Assembly (NCBI GenBank): GCA_944372335.1
Contig: CALVYQ010000003.1
Span: 68,093 to 132,092, forward strand
DNA length: 64,000 bases
Reading direction: 5' to 3'
Source: an uncultured Clostridia bacterium
GTDB taxonomy: Bacteria; Bacillota; Clostridia; Christensenellales; UBA1242
Of the stretch, positions 54,586-64,000 are shown piece by piece. The notes under the pieces are model-generated. The model was given only the letters and a program-made list of their open reading frames with translations. It ran no database searches and was not told the DNA's origin. The position numbers were made by a program, and so were the translations under genes. Position 1 is the first letter of the stretch; each line of letters opens with the position of its first letter.

Positions 54586-57500
54586 CTATTTAGTGTTCAT
54601 TTCCTCTCTCTTTTCCTTCTTTTTCTTGTTGTAGATTATAAGAATGATTAAAAGGATAATTAAGATGACAATTATCACAATTATAATATAGATGTACCAA
54701 TAACTTTGCTCATTTCTGTAAATTCTTGCATCATAGCCAATAACACCAAATAGTCCGCCATAGCTTGTTGGATTATAATATTTTGCAAGATAGATATCAG
54801 AAATTGTGTGCCCGTTGAAATTAAAAGTACCATTAAATGCGTGCTCTGTTGTTCCGATAGGCGTCCAGAATTTTTCAGAAAGTGAAATATCTGCCATAAC
54901 TCTGTAACTTGCAAGTTCATAGAAACGTCCGCTTTCACTGACAGAGCCACTGTTTATCTTTTCCATATAATAGGTCAAGTCTTCCACAGTGTAGATAAGA
55001 TATGGGTCATCACTTGCTCCTGTACCTTGCTCTTCAATATCTGTCATTTCGTGATACAATCTTTCAAACTCAATCTCTAGCCTTATCGTTCCGGCAAGTG
55101 ATTGTGTATCAATCTCCTCACGGGTGAAATAGAGCGTGTTTGTCTGAGCATCAAAATTATTTAGAACATTGATAAGCTCGCCATAGTAATTGATAATCTC
55201 AATATTGGTGATGTTATAGCGTGCATTTGTGATGATGTTGAGAGTTAAATCAGCACCCAAACTTCGCAAGACAACATCTGTTGCACTTCCCTCATAAGTC
55301 ACATAACCTGCAAGATTTGCATCGTTATTATCAGTCGCACCTTCAATTATATCCTTTTCAGCAAAACTTCTATAAATATAGATCGCCATGCTTTCACCGA
55401 TAAACTCAGGAATGATTGGCACAACTGATTCCGCCATATCGCCGGTTACTTCCATTGTGAAATATAGGAAATTTGTGTCGATGTTGTAAAGCTCTATATC
55501 GTCTAAATTCCAGCTAACACCAAAGCCATAATCCACTCTAACCATGAATGTTATATTATCGCCAACTCTTACATCATAAGTCGTGATATCTTTAACAAAT
55601 GTTCCGCTCTGTAGGTGTCCAAGCGTGACAGGTGTTTGAACGTTTGAGATGTTTCTGACAATCATATTTGCAATATAACCAGAAGTAGCATCATATTCAC
55701 TGAAACTCAAAGTCACTCTCTTTCCCTGAACAGCTAAGATGTAATTTGCATAAGTTTCAATCTTGTCTGTGAGCACTCTTGTGTTAAATCTTTCCTGCGT
55801 GGCAACTTTATACCAATAGTTAAAGTCATAACCTGAAGATTCAAGTGCTGTCAACGTGAATTCTTTTGTGGTGTCAACATAGCCTTCATTTACAAGAGCT
55901 TCAGCATACATATCCTCACTAGCTTGCCCTATCTCATACTCCATCTCTCCGCCGGTAAGAGTGACGTTGACTTTAGCAAAATAGTAAACTTCAATCGTCA
56001 TCTCAACAATTCTATCACGCTCATTTGTTGACCAAGGCACATTGTTTGTGAAACTTACAACATCGGCAAGATAGTTGTTGTTTGCATCTCTTTGCTTGAT
56101 TACAAACTTATAGAATTTATAACCGTCAATTTCTGGAGCAGTCAATGTTATATTTGTGTTAAAAGCAACTTCAATATATAGTGGCATTTCTTCATTGAAC
56201 CAAGAGTTGTTCATGTTTTCTCCTTCCACCAAATCCTCAGCAGTGATATTTGCTCTAATATTTGGCATGATTGAGAAGGTGATTTGCGTCTTTAAGAATG
56301 ACCAATATAGGTATAGATTTATTGTCATAACGCCATCGGTATCGATGTAAGCATTGTCACTAAGCTCATATCTTCCTGTATTTTCATTCAAGATATAGCC
56401 CGTTTCCATAAACATAGTTAATGCTTGGCCTGTTGAATTGATGTATTGCCTACCTTTACCGCCAGCATAAGTGAAGTAGCCCGCAAAGGTATAATCTTCT
56501 TTCGACTGAACGATGTTGAGAGTGCCGTTTGAATAACCAAGATTAGAGGTAATATTGTGGCTGTTGCTTGCACTTAAATTAAGTACCTCATGGAATCTCA
56601 CATTATCAATCACCGCAACAACAGGGTTATTAAGTGAAATATCATTTAGGACTACCCTATATGTCTGAGGTTCAAGATTGATGGAAATTTCCGTGCTATT
56701 TGAAAGAGCACTGACGTTAAAGTAAATTACGTAGTTATAGTTGTTTTCTGCAAAGTTAAGTTGATAACCTCTGACATCAGTTATATTCAACATTTCATCG
56801 TCATAACTTAGACTGATATTTTCAAGGTTAATCTCAAAGCCAAGTCTAATATACGCCACAATGCTGAAATAGGTATCTGTGTAGCCAACAACTTGGAGAG
56901 TTGATTGATTTGAACCATTGCCCCAAACCTTTTGACTCATCGCATCGTCTATCTCTAAGAAGAGATTTCCGCCTGAAACAATCGTTCCTAACTCGTTTTT
57001 GAAGTTGATATCGATTATATTCTTTTGAGGTAAGAAGTAAACATTTATATCAAGCTCATTTACGCTTCCAACGATATTGAAGAGTCGATAGATATCATAA
57101 AGCTGACCGTTTTCCTCATAGCTTCCATAATGTTGAATGGTAACTAGATTATTGTTGGTTGAAACGACTCTTGAAAGGCTATACCCGCCTCTTGTCACGC
57201 CAACCTTTAAGAATACTTCGCTGTTGGTGTTTGTTGTTAGAATAAAGTTTTGTCTGTTAACAACTCCATTGTAATCTTTATAATGATTAAGTGTGCCAGA
57301 GACATATCCATACTCATTGACATCTTGAACAACTCCATCTTCGTATCCAATCAAGGTGATATCTCCAACAGAGCTATCCTCTTCTATAAGTCCATCAAAA
57401 TCAAGATATGAATTGATGTTAAAATCTATAGAACTTGGAGCAAGTGCCACAAAGAATGGAACATAATTATTCATTGCACCAAAGCCTAAATTCAACATAT

Positions 57501-60500
57501 ATAACGTGTCAAGAGTGATTTCTATTACCTTTTCCGAACTCTGATTTCTATATGCATAGTCAAAGTCACCTCTGACAAGTTGAGCTTGACTGTATTCTGC
57601 ATTTAATATATAACCATAGCCCAAGAAAGTGTAGCCATCAGGAACGTGCAATTCGATAGTTTTGCTTGAACCATAATAAATATTTGACTGATATACTTCC
57701 GTTTCTTCTTCAAAGAAAGGTGCATAGATTAGCCTATATACTTCCTCTTCGAGAGAGCTATCACCATATTCTTGATTTAGAACATAATAACTATAAGCAT
57801 TGAGTGCCACTCTAAATTCTGCCTTTGAGAAGATAGCGTAAATTGTTTCGTCCATTGTGACGGTTATGTCAAATGGGCTTTCAGCACTGATAATTGCGCT
57901 TCCATCTCTCGACCAGCCAGCAAAGCTATAATCATCAAGCGTAAAGGAATAGGTCAAGGTGGCGGTGGAATTATAGTTCTTAATAGCACTTGTCTCGCCG
58001 TCAACCAATGCTGTAAACGAACTTAATATATCTTCATCATCAATAAGAACACCATTTTCGTCATATACAAGCACTCCTGTAGAAATCTCATAGGTTTGAT
58101 AACCTATCTCAACTGTCACAACACCATCTGCCAAGATATTTTCAATTGTAAATTGATAATAGCCAAAATATGCATTGCTGTCATCTTCGACAAGCGTATA
58201 GGCAACATTCTGTGCTTGTCCTTCGCTGTATGCAAAGATGATATTATTTACAAGATAGCCCTCTTTTAAGCTTAAATATACATTTAAATTGTCACCCGTT
58301 CTGACATAAGCTATGTTATCAACATTTGTTTGGTCATTTGTAATAAGTCTATTTAAAGCATCGGCATTATCAAAGGTGAATACAACTCTGTTTTCTCTTT
58401 CAGTGGTTAAGACTGTGATTAGAGTATCTTTTCTTATTCCACTTATTGTCAATAGAATATTTGAGCCTTCCATCACTTGTTCAATACCAATATCACTGTT
58501 ATTTGTTTCAACGTTTACAAACTCATAACCATCTTCGATTGTTATATTGATATCAAATGTAACATCAGAATCTACGCTGAAAGTGTTATTTGTAATTTCT
58601 ATTAAACTTCCACCAACGCTTGCTGTAAACGAGAAATGTTCGCCTTGAACTGTTACATCGTTTCTTTTTACAGCACTTGTTGCTGACATTTTAACATACG
58701 GTGGAGCAGGCATATTAAAGTTCACTATTGCTCCATTATCCATCTCTTCAAATTCAACGTTTTCAAATAGAATATCATCTTGTGTGTAAGAAATGATATC
58801 AACCTCATAACCTTCATTGACCTGCAATGTAAAGGAAAGTATCTCATCAAAATTTAATGCATCAAAGATATAAAGGTTGTTTTCTCTGTCATAACTTATA
58901 TCCACACTTGCACTTATTAGTGAAAGATTTTCATCAAGGGAGAGTGTTATATAGTTTTGCAAGATATTCCAATTAGCAGTTAGTGTTACGCCGTTTGGAT
59001 TTGTTAAAATTGTGTCACCTGTCACAACATTGCCTTCTTCGTCTGTCCAGCTAACAAACTCATAGCCTTCACGAATTGGAGTTTCTTCCCAACCTTCTGC
59101 GTCACCAAACGCACCGTTAAATGGAACAGAAATTGTCACCGTTCTACTGTCATAATTATAATCTAATATCACCTCAATATTGAGCTCTTCAAAGATTGGA
59201 GAATAGGTAAGCTCATAGCCATTTTCTGTTTGAACAGAATTTGAAAGCAATAAAGTTGCTGCAAAGTCGGAAGCGTCAACAGTAACTTCATCATTGAAGA
59301 GATATCCAACTACGCTGTAACCTGCTCTAGACAAATCAGGCAGAGTTGTGAGATCGGCATCAAGCAGATTTTGACAAGATGCAGTATATACATATCTATT
59401 GTCAGTCAAAGGTATGAACCTATCATCACTGAATGTCACTTCACCGTTATAACCTGTAAGATCCAAAACGATGGAAACGTTGTCATAACTAAATCTAAAC
59501 GCCAAAGCATTTTCGCTTGTAACAGAATTAATTATATAAGTTGTGACATTGCCCTCAGTGACAGCACTATCAAAGGTGAATTCCTCTCCTGTAAGAGAAT
59601 CAAACACCCCGCTAAGTCTTACATACGCACTAAGCGTAATGATTATCTCAACGCTGTCACCATGATTTACGCTTGTTTGATAGGTGGAAGAAATCATCTC
59701 CTCGTCGTTGACAGCAATATTTGCATATTCCGCATAATTCCCGCCTAAATTTTCACCATTTGCATCTTGCATATAGACTGTGAAGTAATAAGAATTTCCT
59801 ATCCAATTTGCAGTAAAGGTTACACGAGCTGTTTCTTCACTTTCATAGATATTGAAGTAATCAACATCATTTGACATCAATTCTGTTAAGAAAAGAATTG
59901 TTGAGCTGTTGTTTCCAACTGAGACTCTATAAACTCCGGCATTTGAAGTGTAATTTAAGCCAAGTCTTGAAAGAACATCGCTTAAATATGTCCACTCTGG
60001 AGTGTTCTCAGGCGCACTTAGATTGATTGTCCAACCGTTAAAAGTGAAGCCTTCTTTTCCTGTAAGCATGGTTGGAAAGGCGTTTTTATTACCATCAGTA
60101 GCATTTGAAGAGAGATAGTTTGTGGCAATAAATGGATAATTTACACTTTCTAGCAATTTTGTTTCGTCAATATTTGCTGAAATTGTTTCGCCCTCTTCAG
60201 CCTGATAGTCAAAATTGATATATAGAAGGATAGCTTTAATTTCACCATTTAGATAAGATGATATAGTGTAGTTTTCAGCATCATCACCTATTATATTAAA
60301 GTTAATCTGAATGCCTGAACCAGGAAGTGTTTGAGCATAGAACGCACTTTCAACATCGACGATATCACCACTTATAAGATTGCCGATATTGAACAGAAGT
60401 TCGTTGCTTTCATTTCGTATAACAACACTGTTCGTGCCATCATAGAGTTTTGTGAAGATGTCTTTAAGAAGAGCATCGTCCTTTTGCTCCACAACTAGAG

Positions 60501-63500
60501 TGCGTGGAGTGACATATAAGCGAGCCGGCATCACATCTGTATTATCAACTGAGCTATTATAATAATAACCAATTTCAAAATCACGTGCGTTGAGTGTTGC
60601 AGAAAGTTCATAGCCTTCTTCATTTACCTTTAAGTTGTTTGAAGTAGAATATTCACCATTCACAACACCTATATCGACACTGATATTACTCTTGTCATAA
60701 TATGTTAAATCTAAGTCGCCATAATTTATCTCGTAATAATATGTAGGCTGTTGACCATACGTCACTGAAACGCTATCAATATAAAGTCCAACTTTCGCCT
60801 TTGTTATCTCACCGTGAATTTCACCTGTAACAACATAGTTAACATTATCAGAAAGCACTGCTTGCACTGTGTAGTTGTTGCCAACGTATCTTGCAATTGT
60901 GATACCGTCATACATTGTCAGAGTTAAGGATAGAGTTTCGCCGGAAATAATACCATTCAAAATCTCGCTCGCATCTTCATAGAAAAGTACGGCATTATGA
61001 TTGTCAAATTCTTTGGAAACTCCGGCCACATTGTAAGTGAGTGCCTTAGGTAAAATTCTGACAACATAAGCAGAGAGTGTGCTTGGCTTACCAAAGATAA
61101 CATCAAAATTTGTGCTTGTTATGTTATCTGCATATACTGAATAATCACCAGCATTTTTCACCATCGTATTTACTGTAAATCTTAAATCTGCATCAAGCGT
61201 TTCGTCAAAGCTTGAGCTCTTGACATATACATTTTCCTCTTCGTTATATGAGTATAGATTCAAAATATATTCATGAGTGATAGATGATGTTGTGCTTGAC
61301 AAAGTTATTTTATAGTTTCTAGCTTGCTCGTCAACTTCAAAAGTGAAGTTTGAATACTGCAATCCGTCATAGGTAAGTTCCATATTTAGATAGGAATTGT
61401 CATCACCATCAACAACATCTGAAGAGCTAATGAGAAGATAGAATCTCTCGTTTGATGGCGTTATTCTATATGCACCATTAGCACTCAAATCCTGAACGCT
61501 TTCGACAACATAATTTTCATCGACAACGGAAGCGGAAAGAATCTTATAGTAGCCAACCGCACTTCCTTCTCCTCTTGTGAAGGTAATTTCAATAGTATCT
61601 CCAAAAATTGTGTTGTAATCACGAACAAATTGGTTCATCAAGCTCTCTTCTGAGCCATAGCTTGTTCGATATGCACCGTCAGTTGTGAATGTAAAATTAA
61701 GATTAAACGGAATAACAGAGAAGTTTAATTCTGTTGGAGTGATATTATAATTGTTGCTTTCAATAACTAAGGATACGCTGTAATCTCCCATAGTTAAATA
61801 GCCACTTGCTGAATAACTACCATTGTTTATGGTTGCACTTACACTATACTCAGTTGTTGAAACAATATTTTCTCCAGAAGTCACAGTGTAACTAAAGCCA
61901 GAATTCTCTTGCAAAGAGCCATAGCTAAAGGTGTTGTTTGTAAGAGCTATCACTGCATCAGCTTTAACAATTTCGCCTAGTGCTATGTTGTTGTCATTCA
62001 TAAATCTATAGTTTCTTGCTGACGTTCCATTTAGATAAAGAGTGACATTGATATCAGTTCCAACCTGACTCGTTGCAAAGATAGCGGTAATTGAAACTTC
62101 GTCATTGACAACACCATCATTTACACGCTCGTCAAAGTCGATATTCTCCATTCTGTTTGTGCCATCATAAGTCTTTATTAAGTTTAAGTTTGCTGGATTA
62201 ACTTCAATAGCATCAACCGTTAAGTAGTAGTTTTCATAGAAGGCAAAATTGGTTGCTCCCTCAGCTTCAAGAGTTAAATAGAGTCTATAATTACCTGCAT
62301 CTTTAAAAGTATGAACATTACCACTTAGATATATGTTAATAGTTGTGATATTTCCACTAAAGGTCTCATCACCTGTGCCTGTCTTTCTGTATAGATTAAA
62401 TGTTAGATTGATTGGAGAAGCCTGTTCGTTTTCAATTACCAAATTGTTGTCTTCTACTCTCAATAAGTAATCATAACCATTATAATCAAGATTTAGAAGG
62501 CTGGTATCTTCAAATTTAAGGAAGATTATCTCCTCGGTTGGCACAATTTGGAAGGAATTTTGTGCAGAAAGCGTTATTATAATGCTTCCATTAACAAAAC
62601 TATTTGTGCCGTTTAAAAGAAGATTATATTGCCCTTCCGCACCAAGCTCACCCTGCGTTAAGCCTTCAGGAATATATGATAAGGTCATAGCATCACCAGT
62701 CACCGCATAAGTCTGTATATCAGAATATGTGGAAACTAGGTCAACTGTTGTGATTGTTATATAGTTTTCTGGCAAAGTCAAAGCAAATTCATAAGGAGCA
62801 ATCTCTACGGTATCACTTGTAATATTTGTCATATTAAAGTCAGCAAAGGAAGAGCTTACAACTGTGACGCTGTAGATTCCTTGATAGAAGAAGCCAAGTC
62901 TGTTAGCATCTGCTCCCTCTAAATCTAGGCTTAGCGTGTAAGTTGAGATGAAGAAAATGTCTGATAAATCTGTGACCCCATCAGTATCCATAACGGTAAG
63001 GCTAAGGTTGTCTTCCAAATTACTCCTGCTTAAATCACCGTAGGTATATGCACTTTCTCCCTCTTCATAAAGAGCGGAGATGTTGAGAACAGCGTCTCTT
63101 TTTAAAATTGTACCTCTTGCGTTTACAGACGAAAGAGTGTAGTTGTTTTCGTTGTAGCCTTCTGTTGCAGATAGCACAAGTGTGACGCTAATATTCTCGC
63201 CTGCATGATATGTTGAGAAATTGGCATTGATATAAACCCCTTCGTAATTTTCGCCTACTATATTTCCCTCTAGGTCAACACGCAAACTTGCATTGCCATC
63301 ATATACCTTATTGAACGAAAATTCTGAAACATCTATAGGCATTGGGAAAATTTCAAAAGTATATGCTTCATCAAAAATGATATTGTTATAGTAGTTTGCT
63401 ATTTCCGCTCCTTCTTTTACTTCCACTCTTAGCTCGTATGTCGCACTATCAAACGCTGTTTCATAGTTAAGTGAATTATATAATAATAGAGTGATATTAT

Positions 63501-64000
63501 CATAATTTAACAAACTTTCAATCAATGCAATATTATCGACAATTTGAGCTCCAGCGTTTACATCGTAAGCAATGAGCGCTCTAGTTGAAACTTGACTATC
63601 TCCGCTATAGACAACAACATTGCCGTCATTAATTTGCAAGCTGTAACCAGAGGTGTTGTAGTTGACCATAATAGTTTCTAAGCCTTCCCACGAAAGTCTC
63701 AAAGTGTCAGATTTGATAATTTCAAAATCGCCAACAGGAGTGTCTAAGTTTTGTAGAGAATTATCATACAAAGTTACATCTCCATAGACAATTTGATAGT
63801 TGGAAGCAAGATTAGAGCAAACAAATCCATTCTCTTCGTTTAAATAGAGATTGTAGTTTCCTATATCTTCTCCAGGGGTTCTGTTTAAATTGAATTGTAG
63901 AGTCTCACCGTTGATGCTTAAATTATATTCCAAAGTTGGGTCAGCCGTGTTAAATTTCTTAGATAGATAGATTTCTTCATTTTCAAGATTGATTATTGCT
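54586..64000 (-). CDS. Giant repeat-rich surface protein with C-terminal TM anchor; N-terminus beyond the window (more than 3137 aa)
   Basis: The frame stays open upstream of the track's TTG start to base 64000. It has many YDG(T/N)-type repeats, Listeria-Bacteroides-type repeats (GYxFxGW), a GLUG-like YGGLFG region, and ends IIIVIIVILIILLIILIIYNKKKK. Confidence 0.8.
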   Translation of the reverse strand, partial: AIINLENEEIYLSKKFNTADPTLEYNLSINGETLQFNLNRTPGEDIGNYNLYLNEENGFVCSNLASNYQIVYGDVTLYDNSLQNLDTPVGDFEIIKSDTLRLSWEGLETIMVNYNTSGYSLQINDGNVVVYSGDSQVSTRALIAYDVNAGAQIVDNIALIESLLNYDNITLLLYNSLNYETAFDSATYELRVEVKEGAEIANYYNNIIFDEAYTFEIFPMPIDVSEFSFNKVYDGNASLRVDLEGNIVGENYEGVYINANFSTYHAGENISVTLVLSATEGYNENNYTLSSVNARGTILKRDAVLNISALYEEGESAYTYGDLSRSNLEDNLSLTVMDTDGVTDLSDIFFISTYTLSLDLEGADANRLGFFYQGIYSVTVVSSSFADFNMTNITSDTVEIAPYEFALTLPENYITITTVDLVSTYSDIQTYAVTGDAMTLSYIPEGLTQGELGAEGQYNLLLNGTNSFVNGSIIITLSAQNSFQIVPTEEIIFLKFEDTSLLNLDYNGYDYLLRVEDNNLVIENEQASPINLTFNLYRKTGTGDETFSGNITTINIYLSGNVHTFKDAGNYRLYLTLEAEGATNFAFYENYYLTVDAIEVNPANLNLIKTYDGTNRMENIDFDERVNDGVVNDEVSITAIFATSQVGTDINVTLYLNGTSARNYRFMNDNNIALGEIVKADAVIALTNNTFSYGSLQENSGFSYTVTSGENIVSTTEYSVSATINNGSYSASGYLTMGDYSVSLVIESNNYNITPTELNFSVIPFNLNFTFTTDGAYRTSYGSEESLMNQFVRDYNTIFGDTIEITFTRGEGSAVGYYKILSASVVDENYVVESVQDLSANGAYRITPSNERFYLLISSSDVVDGDDNSYLNMELTYDGLQYSNFTFEVDEQARNYKITLSSTTSSITHEYILNLYSYNEEENVYVKSSSFDETLDADLRFTVNTMVKNAGDYSVYADNITSTNFDVIFGKPSTLSAYVVRILPKALTYNVAGVSKEFDNHNAVLFYEDASEILNGIISGETLSLTLTMYDGITIARYVGNNYTVQAVLSDNVNYVVTGEIHGEITKAKVGLYIDSVSVTYGQQPTYYYEINYGDLDLTYYDKSNISVDIGVVNGEYSTSNNLKVNEEGYELSATLNARDFEIGYYYNSSVDNTDVMPARLYVTPRTLVVEQKDDALLKDIFTKLYDGTNSVVIRNESNELLFNIGNLISGDIVDVESAFYAQTLPGSGIQINFNIIGDDAENYTISSYLNGEIKAILLYINFDYQAEEGETISANIDETKLLESVNYPFIATNYLSSNATDGNKNAFPTMLTGKEGFTFNGWTINLSAPENTPEWTYLSDVLSRLGLNYTSNAGVYRVSVGNNSSTILFLTELMSNDVDYFNIYESEETARVTFTANWIGNSYYFTVYMQDANGENLGGNYAEYANIAVNDEEMISSTYQTSVNHGDSVEIIITLSAYVRLSGVFDSLTGEEFTFDSAVTEGNVTTYIINSVTSENALAFRFSYDNVSIVLDLTGYNGEVTFSDDRFIPLTDNRYVYTASCQNLLDADLTTLPDLSRAGYSVVGYLFNDEVTVDASDFAATLLLSNSVQTENGYELTYSPIFEELNIEVILDYNYDSRTVTISVPFNGAFGDAEGWEETPIREGYEFVSWTDEEGNVVTGDTILTNPNGVTLTANWNILQNYITLSLDENLSLISASVDISYDRENNLYIFDALNFDEILSFTLQVNEGYEVDIISYTQDDILFENVEFEEMDNGAIVNFNMPAPPYVKMSATSAVKRNDVTVQGEHFSFTASVGGSLIEITNNTFSVDSDVTFDINITIEDGYEFVNVETNNSDIGIEQVMEGSNILLTISGIRKDTLITVLTTERENRVVFTFDNADALNRLITNDQTNVDNIAYVRTGDNLNVYLSLKEGYLVNNIIFAYSEGQAQNVAYTLVEDDSNAYFGYYQFTIENILADGVVTVEIGYQTYEISTGVLVYDENGVLIDDEDILSSFTALVDGETSAIKNYNSTATLTYSFTLDDYSFAGWSRDGSAIISAESPFDITVTMDETIYAIFSKAEFRVALNAYSYYVLNQEYGDSSLEEEVYRLIYAPFFEEETEVYQSNIYYGSSKTIELHVPDGYTFLGYGYILNAEYSQAQLVRGDFDYAYRNQSSEKVIEITLDTLYMLNLGFGAMNNYVPFFVALAPSSIDFNINSYLDFDGLIEEDSSVGDITLIGYEDGVVQDVNEYGYVSGTLNHYKDYNGVVNRQNFILTTNTNSEVFLKVGVTRGGYSLSRVVSTNNNLVTIQHYGSYEENGQLYDIYRLFNIVGSVNELDINVYFLPQKNIIDINFKNELGTIVSGGNLFLEIDDAMSQKVWGNGSNQSTLQVVGYTDTYFSIVAYIRLGFEINLENISLSYDDEMLNITDVRGYQLNFAENNYNYVIYFNVSALSNSTEISINLEPQTYRVVLNDISLNNPVVAVIDNVRFHEVLNLSASNSHNITSNLGYSNGTLNIVQSKEDYTFAGYFTYAGGKGRQYINSTGQALTMFMETGYILNENTGRYELSDNAYIDTDGVMTINLYLYWSFLKTQITFSIMPNIRANITAEDLVEGENMNNSWFNEEMPLYIEVAFNTNITLTAPEIDGYKFYKFVIKQRDANNNYLADVVSFTNNVPWSTNERDRIVEMTIEVYYFAKVNVTLTGGEMEYEIGQASEDMYAEALVNEGYVDTTKEFTLTALESSGYDFNYWYKVATQERFNTRVLTDKIETYANYILAVQGKRVTLSFSEYDATSGYIANMIVRNISNVQTPVTLGHLQSGTFVKDITTYDVRVGDNITFMVRVDYGFGVSWNLDDIELYNIDTNFLYFTMEVTGDMAESVVPIIPEFIGESMAIYIYRSFAEKDIIEGATDNNDANLAGYVTYEGSATDVVLRSLGADLTLNIITNARYNITNIEIINYYGELINVLNNFDAQTNTLYFTREEIDTQSLAGTIRLEIEFERLYHEMTDIEEQGTGASDDPYLIYTVEDLTYYMEKINSGSVSESGRFYELASYRVMADISLSEKFWTPIGTTEHAFNGTFNFNGHTISDIYLAKYYNPTSYGGLFGVIGYDARIYRNEQSYWYIYIIIVIIVILIILLIILIIYNKKKKEKREEMNTK

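Noticed and set aside
1-64000. Alternative genetic code (UGA read as Trp, Mollicutes-like), considered because of the low GC and TM-anchored surface protein
   Set aside because: Long conserved genes (addA, addB, the P-type ATPase, dnaB, the 3115-aa ORF) are intact under the standard code, so no recoding is needed.

Overview
AT-rich (about 30% GC by eye) Bacillota-like chromosomal fragment, with almost all genes on the minus strand. Bases 1 to ~32.3 kb are a temperate tailed-phage prophage. Its tail end runs off the left edge. It carries tail, portal, capsid, scaffold and TerL/TerS genes, a five-gene membrane cassette, a late regulator, ~25 small early ORFs, a DnaB/SSB/NinB/exonuclease block, a Cro/CI switch with three operators, and a tyrosine integrase next to tRNA-Gly(CCC). 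The remainder is host DNA: GT2-TPR glycosyltransferase, PflX-like radical SAM protein, a membrane protein with six AT-hooks, addA/addB, a Myb-like protein, a CRISPR array, rplS, MBL hydrolase, NPPY methyltransferase, ricT, holB, a Ca-type P-type ATPase, an XRE regulator, uppP, and a surface protein of more than 3137 aa that runs off the right edge. The best lead is the CRISPR array at 45636-46265. It has 36-nt type II-C-like repeats that each end in an extended -10 box, 30-nt spacers, and an anti-repeat-like flank with a terminator, but no cas gene anywhere in the 64 kb. Secondary leads are a structured, terminator-capped leader RNA in front of the phage late operon, the unexplained membrane cassette ahead of terS, a phage RpoA alpha-CTD-like protein, and a DnaB carrying an SSB-type tail. 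All calls come from reading the sequence and the ORF track by eye. No database search was run. The track translates TTG/GTG starts as M, so several starts were moved to RBS-supported ATGs.
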